This document shows positions 47,701-58,800 of a stretch of DNA of 64,000 nt, piece by piece. The translations under genes were made by a program, and so were the position numbers. Position 1 is the first letter of the stretch. Each line of letters opens with the position of its first letter. The stretch lies in contig OZ316895.1 in NCBI GenBank assembly GCA_973895155.1, positions 24,078,281 through 24,142,280 of the forward strand, in the 5' to 3' direction. The notes beneath the pieces are model-generated. The model searched no databases, was not told the DNA's origin, and saw only the letters and a program-made list of their open reading frames with translations. Source of the stretch: Marsupella aquatica (Eukaryota > Plantae > Marchantiophyta).

Positions 47701-50443
47701 CACACAAAGGGTGAAGGGGAACACAAGTGTGGGAACCCCTTCCTTCTAAGGGCCCTCCCACCATCACTACTCCAAGATTGTCTAGTTTACCGTTTTACGG
47801 GCGTTGAGGTCCCTCTAGATGTCACTGTTTGACATAGACCTAAAATCAACTAGAGAACCTAAGTTTCGCATGGGGCTCATTGAGGGCTTCAAAATGAATC
47901 CAAACATGACCATGTTTGGAATAGTACTAGCGCAGCAACGTCTGTTTTAAGTTTCAACGTTTTCTATATTTTGATCATTCTTCCCGTTTTGCGCCTTATG
48001 TGGAGCCTCCGACCAGCCCCCACCCCTCCAAGATGCCCACACCTTGGCTCCAAGTCCTTGGGCTGCCTTGTGGCCTCCTTGTACCCCCTCAATGGTTCCC
48101 TTGTCATACATCACCGCCCGACACCCCTCTCAACTCCGACCTCCGGTTGTCGCATCCATTTATTAGAACTAACAAAAATAAAAAATTTGAAAATCCAAGC
48201 ACTTTTACTACACCTACTTGTCTTTCTACTCATATACGCAATTATAAGTCATCACTAAGTTACTACCGGGTTTGGGGCCCTGTCACACTAATATTCTCAT
48301 GACATGCGTCATTCTCCACAACATCATAATTGAAGATGAGAGAGGGGAAGAGCACAAAGATTTTTGGGCAGAGGCTCCTGTTTTGACTTTGTGTAGAGGG
48401 ATGATGCCTTGGAATGACTACCTAGCTACAATTGACAACCTAGCTGCAATTGGTGACTTGGAAAGTCATAGTTGACATTACAGTTTGAGGAATGACCTCA
48501 TTGAACATCTTTGGAAGAGAAAGGGTGAGGTGAGATTGGCAGAATGGGTGAGACAGATGGGCAAGTAAGTTTTAGAATTAGAGAGTGAAACTTTCCACAA
48601 ATTGCAAATATCTACAGTAGGGCTATTTCCTTGGAGTTTGTACTACAAATGTGCTATTTGTAAAATGAATTTGCAATCTTTAATGTACAATACACATGTG
48701 CAATTTGCATGCAAATTTAAGAAATCTGCCGTTGGCATTGTCAAGTCTCAATGTATAGTTGATGCAATTCAAAGCTCATAGTTAATTGTTGGTGCAAATC
48801 AAATTTTGAGCAAGCGCAGGTGTCTGGATGATTTTTGAAGAGTTACCATAGTGGCATGGATAATTATGCAGAAAACCATCAAATTAAGAAACAAGAAGCA
48901 CTTGCAGTGGATTTATCTTGCTCAGTGACACAAAAAGAATTGTCAACATCACCATAGAAGCGATCATACTCTGTTGCCTTTATTGAAGAAAGAAAATGAC
49001 AATTACATTGACCACGAAGGTCCTTTCATTGCAGGCCCATACTGCAATATTAATTACTCAAAAATGTAGACCATTGTCAAACTGTGGAGTTTGCACATAC
49101 TCTGGATCCACATTGTCAAAATCAGGATGCTGCACGTATTTTGGATCCACATCGTCAACTACATTTGGGGTGAAACTTGGTTGTGGAACTGGTAGCAAAG
49201 TTCTGGATGTTGAAGGGGTAGCACGTTGAGCAATATTTTGGCCATCTCATCCTCCATCCACAACGCCATAAAATCCATCTTGGTTGGAGTAAGATAATAT
49301 ATTGGCATAATCAACATGTTCATCAAGGATTGTGTCTCCATAACTCTCAATCGCTCAGGACCAGTCTCTACCATCAATTTTGAGCTTGTGCAAAGATTTG
49401 AGATCATCTTCTTGTGTCGTTGCTTTCTTGGCAGCTTCCTTTCCCATCTTCGTTCCTGGGGGGTCTCTAATTGACATATCCTGTGCAACTGCCATCATCC
49501 CATTGCTCTCTCTGTCTCCCGTCAGATTCAATAGCACCATCTGGTGAGGGAGTATCATTCTCCTTGTCCCCTTGGTCAGCAACAATATCCCTCTACTTTC
49601 GCTTTGGTGGCTGCTTCCCGTTCTTCGTTCCTGGTGTCATCACATCTTGAGGCATTGCCCACCGTGGGCAATCTTTCACAATGTGGTAGCAGACAGTAAA
49701 AGCAAACTCCTTGCCCTTGGGATGGTGCTACTTGTACAGCTCCTTTGCCTTCTCCAATGTGTCTTCAGAGTTGGTTCTAGAGATGTCGAGATCTTCTACA
49801 ACTTGAAAACATCCAATAAATCTAGAAACATCCTTTCAAACTTCACCCCACTTTGATTCAAGGGACTTCGCAGTTCTCATCTTGGTGCCTCCCGGTTTGT
49901 TTTTGTCGTACTAGTGTTCCCCAATCCTCTCCCAAACCAACGCAGGGATCTTGAGATATTGTCAAGACAGTAGCTATAGCACAGTTGCTTCAATTTGGGG
50001 TCACTAAATTTTTTTCCTCGTGCTTCCATGTGTAGAAAGCCTTGTTGAGTGCAAAGCATTGTTATTGCACGTACAAGCTTTGCACGGTGAAATTGGGACC
50101 ACGAGCTTTGTTACAGTACTGCAGACCGTGAATAGTATGACTCGAAGCTTCATTCCAATCCTTGAAGCTTGTCTCAATCTCCCACGCATTGTTGGCAGAG
50201 GTGCGGGAGGGAAATTTCAAGTTGTGCCAGATGCAAACATGTGGCAGGCTGCAGGACGTTGATCATATTTGCCAAGGCTCGGGCTGGAAGTTTCCCGCTC
50301 AGGCATGGAAAAGTATTTTTGCCTGGGCCTGGATGTGGTTTACAGATGCCGACCTCTGATGCATGCAACGTTTTTGTCACCTGGCCTAGAAAGGGTAATT
50401 ATACAGGTTCCGTACTAGTTACAAGGCACCGGTGCAGATACTC
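44713..50443. mobile_element. Degenerate PIF/Harbinger DNA transposon with convergent transposase (+) and Myb/SANT-like (-) remnants
   Basis: TIR GAGCATCCACACCAGT / ACCGGTGCAGATACTC with TAA on both sides. Transposase motifs RFRM.R.LF, NVLDRSP, YLLVD.IYPKW, REDVERAFGVLQARW and CVILHN.IIEDE. The minus strand reads ..LRSLESKW..VSRFIGC..EKAKELY..F.F..C...VKDCPRW. Confidence 0.9.
45773..48287. mobile_element. Large (2515 bp) solo LTR inserted in the Harbinger transposase
   Basis: TGTCAC...TCACA termini and perfect TSD CTAAT (45768-45772, 48288-48292). Removing it restores the transposase frame ..RVTN-ILMTCVILHN. Non-coding, with ~61-bp tandem repeats at ~46870-47020. Confidence 0.88.
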
Positions 50444-51899
50444 TAATAGCAATAACTCCCTACATATCTTAGCACACTAAACACCCCTATAAACACCTCA
50501 AAATATGCCTTAGAGATAGCAGGTAGAAAAGAAGTTGAAGCTTGAATGGACCTTGCCTATTTTACAGTCACCACATAAAGAAAAGGTGTCAAAGTTGTTG
50601 CTTAATTGAGCCAAGGAAGTCTTGAAAGCAGTCTTGCATTTGACACTCATAACATTTTCAAATGTAATTGGAATCAAGCAAAATTTGATTTGTTGGGAAG
50701 CTCATTTGAAGCCCTTTATAATGAGTTAAGGTGGATGTTGAGACTTGGTGGTGTGGATATATCTAGCCTGAATTAAGATGATCATCCACAGTCACCAGTT
50801 AGGTTTGATTTAGACTCTATATTTTAATCTCTACTGTAGAACATGTTGCTCAAGCAAACATCAAAGTTCAGATGCAGTCCATTAATCTGGTGGGTACAAA
50901 AGTCTATCGAAGCATATCAACAAACCATGAGCTCCATTTGACCATCATTTCCAAAACAATGAGCAAACATACATGGGGAAAAATTACTCAATCGCTCTTA
51001 GGAGTTATCAGAATTACCAACTAGATTCTAAATTTTTGGCTGCTGCACAGACAGGCATCAAAGGGTGTGCCACTGTTTAGCCGCTCCATGAAAACATAGT
51101 TGAAAGGAAAAACATGATAGTTGCAATGAAACATATGGATCCATATGAAAATTTCAGTTAATGTACGTTCAGATTCGGGACTAAAGGGACTCATTGAATC
51201 TGTCCTCAAAGGCATATTTCCATGACTTTGATAACTTGCAACTTGGTAATCTCCCCGAGTAAAAAAGTGACGAGACTGGGACTGAAGAAGCAAACAAAGA
51301 AGTGAGGGAGATGAGACCCAAGGAAAAGGGACAGGAAGCTAGAAATAGAAGAGGCGTAACCCAAGACTAGGAATGTGCCACCCCTGGAGCAGCCTTGGTC
51401 ACTTACCTTTGGCCCTTAAACCCAAGGCCGTGCGTTAAACACAGGAGGAGCCTGACTAAGTGCATTTGCCAATTGGGGGTCTAATTCAAAAGCTACACTC
51501 CCTTTAACATTCTGGTCCAAGCATGGTGGACTCGGCAACTGACTGTAGTTGGGGTCATAACTCGCAACTCTTGACTCGATTCGCCTTTACTTATAGCACC
51601 TTGACTTCTAGCACCTTGGTCTAGCTTAGGCTGACATAGAGCTCATGGTGTTGCTACTAGATTCAGGCTGACTAATCCCTGGAAAGCCATTAATGGCTTC
51701 CTACATCTGCTCGCCCACCCTACTTCAGCTGCCCAGTTTTTTTTATAAATGGACATTTTTTCAAAGTGTCACACTAATTTATGTTGAACCCCACTTCTGG
51801 GTTGTGTGAAAAGCCCTGAATGCTACTAGCACCCACGTGTGACCACCTTCATTTAAGTTTTTTCCAGGACCGAGGGAGGAGTATCTCAAGACATCTCTG

Positions 51900-53520
51900 A
51901 CATGGCATCTTCGCGTCAGCATCTGGGTTTATTGGCAGTGTTGTATACTATAGACAAAGAGCTTTAGGGGATCCTATTCTAGTTCATGACTCCATTGTTC
52001 CTAGTTGTGTGTATGGCCCATGTTGTAACAAAGTGGTCATGTTTGGTGTTTTTTTAGTGGGAAAAATCTGCAAGATTCCTACTTGATGAAAAATTTTGCT
52101 GTTATTTCGAGTTAACTATGCTTCCAAACCCTTCCTATCTTCTAAAGTGAGTTGTCTCACAAGTTTGGGACTGATTTAAGGGGTTCAATGGAATCTATGA
52201 TTGGTATGTCTGATAGATTTCGGTGGAAGGACAGGAATGGTTTCTTTCATGCCTCCACTAGCAGTATACTTACTCTTACAAAATAAAGATTTTGTGCCAA
52301 TTTTGGGGTCTGCAGAAATGGCTTATGGAGATCCAATATGTTTCTGAGCAAGGAATATTTGGGAAAGTATTTGGAAGAAGTTCAGAGAGGAGAAAATCAC
52401 CTTCTTTTTGTGGCAGGTGGCTCGTCGAATCATCACTACTAATCAATTTATTGTAACACGTTCTAAGCGCAGAACTGAGTTAGGGATAATTATTATGTTC
52501 TCCAGATTGGATGAGGAGTGGTGGTGTACTAGATGCGAGGGGGAAATTCATGAAGATATACTGCATTGTCTTTGGAAATGTCCTTAATTGGTGAAGGTTT
52601 GGTCTTGGATTAAACCACAACTTCTCCTATATAAGGGGAAGTGTCCAAGACCTCCTCATTTTTTCCATATTTCAATCACTGTTCTCCTCTAGCATGCCCG
52701 TTTGCTCCACAATTTCAGGAAAAATCTCCTTTTAATGGTAACTACGGGTAACCCGTAGCTTTTGAAGGGCAGTTGAAGATGATGCTGCATGCGGTTGAGT
52801 CAGATGACCCTTCTTTTGGTTTTGATGCAGCGCAAGTGCTGGGTGCGCAGTGTGTTCTGCAAAGATGGAATTTTCCACTTTTTCTCTGGCATTTGGTTCA
52901 TGGTGTTACTTGTTTACAACTTTGGAAAGCTCGGTCTAGAGTGAAGAAGAAGGTGCGAATTTCTGTTTGTGGGATTTAGTGCAAGATCTGGCATGAGATT
53001 CGTCTTAATATGAAGATTGCTTGGACAAGGGATTGATTCAGGTTATCAAGAATGTCCGCTGCAGATGGGAGCTTATTGGGCGAATGCAGAGAGACTTTGG
53101 TTGTGAGGGTGGCCTGTAATGTTTGCATGAAGATATGTTTGTGGTGGATTTGCCTTCTTTCTGTTGCCTGGCACCACGCATTAGTGGTTGTTCCAGGGTT
53201 AGTTGTAGATGTTATTCACAGTTGGATTTCTCCATATTCTGGATTTTCATCTGGGTTCAGTGTTTCAGATCTGGTTCATTGTTGGGTCTTTCCCTAGACT
53301 TCAGGTTGAGTTGGCCGTCACTTCTGCGGTGTTTTGTAGTTTTCTTATGGAGGGTGACGTTATGTTTCCTTTTCACTTTCCCCTTTTGCCTTATCCCTCA
53401 TTTCTGGATGCATCTGGTTCTTGAGTGGTTGTTGACTTTCGCTCCATTGTACTCCCTGTTTTATTGGGATTTATTTTTCACATGAGTAAAATGCTCCTTT
53501 CAAGAAAAGGAAAAAAAGTC
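51900..53520 (+). mobile_element. Highly degenerate LINE-like 3' fragment
   Basis: Trp-rich broken frames (..FLWHL....C..LWKAR..; KIWHEIR) resemble the post-RT region of plant L1 LINEs. T-rich tail ending in an A-rich run at ~53502-53517. Boundaries are approximate. Confidence 0.35.
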
Positions 53521-55882
53521 TTGCTGTTTTAGACAAAAAAAATTTGCTAGGTTTCTGGTCTTCCATTAGCCAATTTCTCACCTAGGCACAGAACCCACTA
53601 GCCAAACTCTGATGGTTGTGCTTAGATCAAGGCAGACCTGATGGGCAAAATTTAATCTAGGAAAATTAGAGAAGTATTATTCCTAGCATCTTCTCCTTTG
53701 CACAAGGTGAGGTTTGTCACCTGACCCGGACAAAAAAGAACAAGAAAAACCTTATGAAAGCTCCATATTAAAGTTCTTCTGTGACAAAATTGTCCGCTTG
53801 GCCGAATGTGCTTGGTCTGTGCCTGCTTGGCCAAATGTGTTTGGTCTGTGCGTGACTTTTGGCTTGTTGACCTTTCTCGGTCTGGCCAGGTTTACTCCAG
53901 TTTTATTGGGATTTACTATTCATATAGTAAAGGATTCCTTTCAAGAAAAAAAGAAGAGAATTTCCTGACCAAAATGAACCAAAAAAACCTTATAAAAGCT
54001 CCATATGAAAGTTCTTACTCTGCCCGGATGCCACAGCGGGGCAGGTAGCAGTGTTGTCCGAGATCTGAACGCTTTCCCTTGCCCGGATTGTGAAAGCTCC
54101 ACTGCCCGAAGCGAGAAAACGCCTCCTGCACGGACCGAAGACAACGTGGGGCACCACCTGTCACACTGCCCTTTTCGCAAAAAGGTCGTGCGTTTCCTTT
54201 TTTGTTAGCCCTCGGACACAGAGGTGGATGCCCGACGGGCAGGGACCAGCGGAAAAAAACAACCTGGTGCTGCCCGACCGCGAAAACAACGACAGCAACC
54301 CCCGGGCAGTAAACATCTCGCCCTGCCCAAAACATTGCCGGGCAGGAAAATACACAAGGAACAGAAGTACAGTAATAAACGTATCACATACAAACTACAA
54401 ACGTCCAAACGTTACACCGCGGGCAGCAGGTAAACAAGGAGCAGAATCTGCGAATACGCTACCCGGATGTGGAAGTTTTTCTCTGCCCGAGGCAAGAGCA
54501 CCGCGGGCAGCCGTGCAGGCAGGAATGATAAAAAGTTGAGGCCACTCTCCCCTCTGCCTTTTCTCCCGTTGGGTCAACAACACAATGAAGTAATGAACCC
54601 ACAATAGGCAGTGCAGGCCCAGGAGATCGCACAGCGGCGTTGATTCCTCCGCACAAGTGACATTCATTGATGCACGATCAGAAAGACGAATCAATTTGTC
54701 TCGAATCTGGGGCATTGGTTGATTTTTCGAGGCTACTCACGCAGGAAGAAGGTGAAGGACCGCAGTGGAAGTCACCCAAAGCGTTTTGATACAGCGATTG
54801 GTTGTTTGATGGATTGATCGGAGGTACTACCCCTGATGACGAGTGATTGTAGAATAAATCGCACATGGCACTAGTTGCTGTAGTAGCTTGAGATTCATTC
54901 GACATGTTGGTTGATGATTTTATTTTCGTTTTGAAGCTTCGGAATGCTGTAGTTTCGTGATTTGGTCGTTCTCCTATGTTGCTGAGGTTTAGGGTTGCGG
55001 TATGGATTTCTTAATCGTTCCCCTTGGAGCGTGTGATCCTGAGCCCAAGTCCTTCCCAATTTCCAGCTCTGACACCGCATGCGAAAGCCCTCAGGCGCTA
55101 AGCTTAACTATTCCCTTCTTACCGTGCCTCCCTTGAGAATCCATTTTTTACTTCCCCTGCTGTGTGTAGTGATTCCTCCGGCTCAGTCGCTCCGAAGGTC
55201 AGTCGTAAACCTCGGACTGTTGCTTAGGTCACCCATGTGCTTTCTGAGGTGCTGAGGGTTTGAGAGCGAAGGTAAAGCGATTAAGACTCTGCATTTCTCT
55301 CTCTAGACTACTGGTAATTGAATTGTTGTTGCCGAGGAGTGCAGCAGCACGACAGAGGCTCTTATTGCAGAGCGGTGGCCAGTCAATCCTCTCTGGGCGA
55401 ATGGAAGCAGAAGCATGAAAACACAATTCACGTTCATAAGCCCTCAGAGGTGGATCACCCGTCGGTGTCAACGAAATTGGTTGGCAGGACAGTAGAGCAG
55501 GAGGAAAAAATCCCCAAACGGAGACACCAATGGTTTTCGAGAGATGAAGTTCAGGGATCAAAACGGGAGTCTACTCAGAGGGAGCCGTGCTTATGATGAA
55601 CGTTGAGGCTGGCATTCTCTGTGAAGGAAGCTTTGAGTACATTGACGAGATTGGTGGCATCAGCAGTCGTCATCACCGAGATGCGGCTGGCAGTCTCAAG
55701 CAGATCATGGCTGTGTTTCAATTAGGAGAAGAACTTACATCCAGATTAGGTGCAAATGGAGACAGCTGGATGAGGCCCACGAGATTCGTGGGCAATGTTC
55801 ATGATCTCAGAGCAGTTAGGACGACCGGCAAGGGGGGCAGTAGTGGGTCCTATAGTGGAAGGAGTATTGGAGTGGAGTAAGA

Positions 55883-58800
55883 ATGATTTCTCCACCGAGG
55901 GCTCACTGCCATGACTCGTTGAAGCCCGTACCTTTCGTGATTGCTGGATCTGCTTACGCAGCAACATGTGCTGTGGAGGCCAATTCCGGGAATGCAGTGA
56001 TTCAGGAACGATTTGCCACTGGGCTTGGTCTTGATACTCAAAATATAGAAATCATTAGAGATGAAAGCAGTCTGACGGATAGGAAAGGGTTTCGAATGGA
56101 AGCAGAGAATGTGGATTCAATGTGTCCACCCGGGGAAAGAGAACGGGGGACCGATAGCACCATGATACCTGGAATTACTGCGCATACTCCTCTGCAGAGG
56201 GAGGCAACTGCTGGGACGAATGACATAACAAGAAATGCAGAATCAAGAACCGTGCAGAGAGGTGAATTGTCAACCTCAAAAGCTTCAACGGATTGGATGT
56301 ATCAAAATGAAAGAGGGGCTTTGAGTGGGCCTTACACCCTGCAACAGCTATCAGAGGGCATGTCCAGTGGCTTCTTGCCAGATGATCTACTAATCCATCA
56401 TGTGGATGGCCAGAGTGCACCCATATTGCTGAGAGATCTTGTGGGGGCCGAGGCGTTGGATGTTTCCGTCAATGGTGAGAGTATTTCCAATTGTATTCTC
56501 CAGTCCAGGCTCCACGGTGGGGCACAAGTACCTGAATCAGAGCCACCAGGTGTTAGGGTCAATGGCGAGCACATGTACCCTGAGAACGGCGTATCTCAAT
56601 ATCCTTTCAGAGGTTTTCCGAATATCATCAATTCTTCAATATGTCCCAGTGTTCCATCAGCAGGTTTTGAGTCAAGGAATGCATCTCGGCCACCAGCTAC
56701 TGGAGGTGGACCCCATCCATTTGGCTTCTCTAATCCACAAACTCCCAACATTCATTCGCAAGCTTATCATCCGGGACCACGACCAGGTTACAATGCACAA
56801 ACTCCTAACAATCAGCCGCAACCTTATCATTCAGGACCCCCACCAGGTTACAATGCACAAACGCCCAACATGCAGTCCCAACCTTATCATCCAGGACCAC
56901 CACCAGGTTACAATGCACAAACTCCCAACACTCAGACGCAACCTTATCATCCAGGACCACCACCAGGCTACAATGCACAAACTTTCAACACTCAGACGCA
57001 ACCTTATCATCCAGGACCACCACCAGGTTACAATCCACAAACTCCCAACATTCAGTCGCAACCTTATCATCAAGGACCACCACCAGGTTACAATGCACAA
57101 ACTCCCAACATTCAGTCACAACCTTATCATCCAGGACCACCACCAGGTAGCAGCGTTTTGGAACATAACCGAATGTGGACGGATCGGCGTTGGAAGTATC
57201 AGGGATTAAATGGCCGAATGGAAGGCCCATTTGGCTTGTCGGAATTGACTCACTGGTTCCATTCAAATCTTCTCTATGGGTCCTTGCAGGTCTATGATAT
57301 TCATGAATGTCAAGGGCCAACATCTCTGGAGAATATTCTGTCCAATGGACGAAATGGAACACTAGCCGGATTGTACAATAGGCCAGCTGCAACCGCTCAC
57401 AGCATGTGCCAAACCGACGACCAAGCTGGTATCAACCCATTTGTGGGGAATTCGCATAGGAATCCCGATGAGGATTTGAACCCTTCGTGTCCGGTCGAGA
57501 TAACGAGAGTTGATGTGGGAGCTGATTTTCCACAGAATCCTCCTAGTCAGACTGCCAGTGAGTGTCAAGATGGAAAAGTGGACACCTGTATGCATTCTTC
57601 CAAGGAGACTTCGTCACAAGTTGATATCAGTATGGAGCAGTTGTCCTACACTCAGCAGTCAAGTGAACCTGAGGAGTCTGAGTTGATCCCACCAGGTTTT
57701 CAGTCTGCAAGAAATCCAAGTTCGCTTCCTTCAAAAGCCGAGAACCGCAGTGGCCCTCATGTTAGTCCTTTCTGGCAGTCGAAAGCTATCGGAGGCTTGG
57801 GAGTAAAGTCCACTTCAGCAGCAGCAAATCCTCAATCAACGAATCTGCAAGGAGGAAAGGTTGTGTCACCCCGTCCAGCGGATGAAATTGTAGAAGCGTC
57901 TTTCTCATCTAGTTCCGCACCGAGTTCCGGTGTGGAGAAATTGAAGTCATATTCTGATCACAGTAAGGATGAGGCTTCATCAAGGGGCTCCGCAGTTTTG
58001 CGAGATGGGCATTTAAAGGTTCCTATCCCTTCTCCAAGTTTGAAACCTGATGAGTTGCTTGACATCAGGGCATTGACGGGCTCGGAAGTCACCCTGAAGG
58101 ATATATCAGTGGGCACATTGGTGTCTTCCGGATTGAAAAATGAAGATTTGTTGAGCCCCAGGTCTAGGAGTGTTCCTCAGTCTCCTTTGAGTAGACTTCA
58201 AGGGGGTGGAAGTGAGCCTCAGAGTGGGAAACGGAATTTCAAGAGATTAACTAAGTCGAAAACTGAGAGGGATGAAGTTGTTCCACATGAAGCGGAGATT
58301 TATGATCTCAAGATCGACTCCACTCTTTCACTTTGTGACGACTTGCCTGGGTCTCCAGTTTCTCCACCAAGCCCATTCCTGCAAGAGTCAGTTCTACCAG
58401 GAAAGGCCAGACCAAAGAAGAGAAACCTTATGAAGGTTGGATCGAAACAGGAACGTCATCCAGATACTTGTAAACGAGTTTGTTCCAGTTCAACCCCAGA
58501 AGGAGGTCCCAAGAAACTTGATCGTGAGTTGAAGGTTGCCAACCATGGAAGGTCGTCGGATTGCAATGGCGTGACAGAAATGCTTAGCGAGAAAGGATAC
58601 ACAAAGACCAAGAAAAGTGTGATCCAAAAGCACTCTGTAACTCCGAGGGCACGTTTAGATTCAAGTAAATCAGCAGGTGAATCTGCATTTGAGAGGAAGC
58701 ATTGTAGCGAGAAAATACATACTAAAGCCAAGAAAAGTGTGACCCAGAAGCAATCTGTAAGTCCTGAGGTACTTCCAGATTCAGGTGAAGTAGCTAAAAC

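Noticed and set aside
56439-57392. Alternative-frame and antisense ORFs over the SET repeat region
   Set aside because: They stay open simply because the 60-bp repeat lacks stops in those frames.
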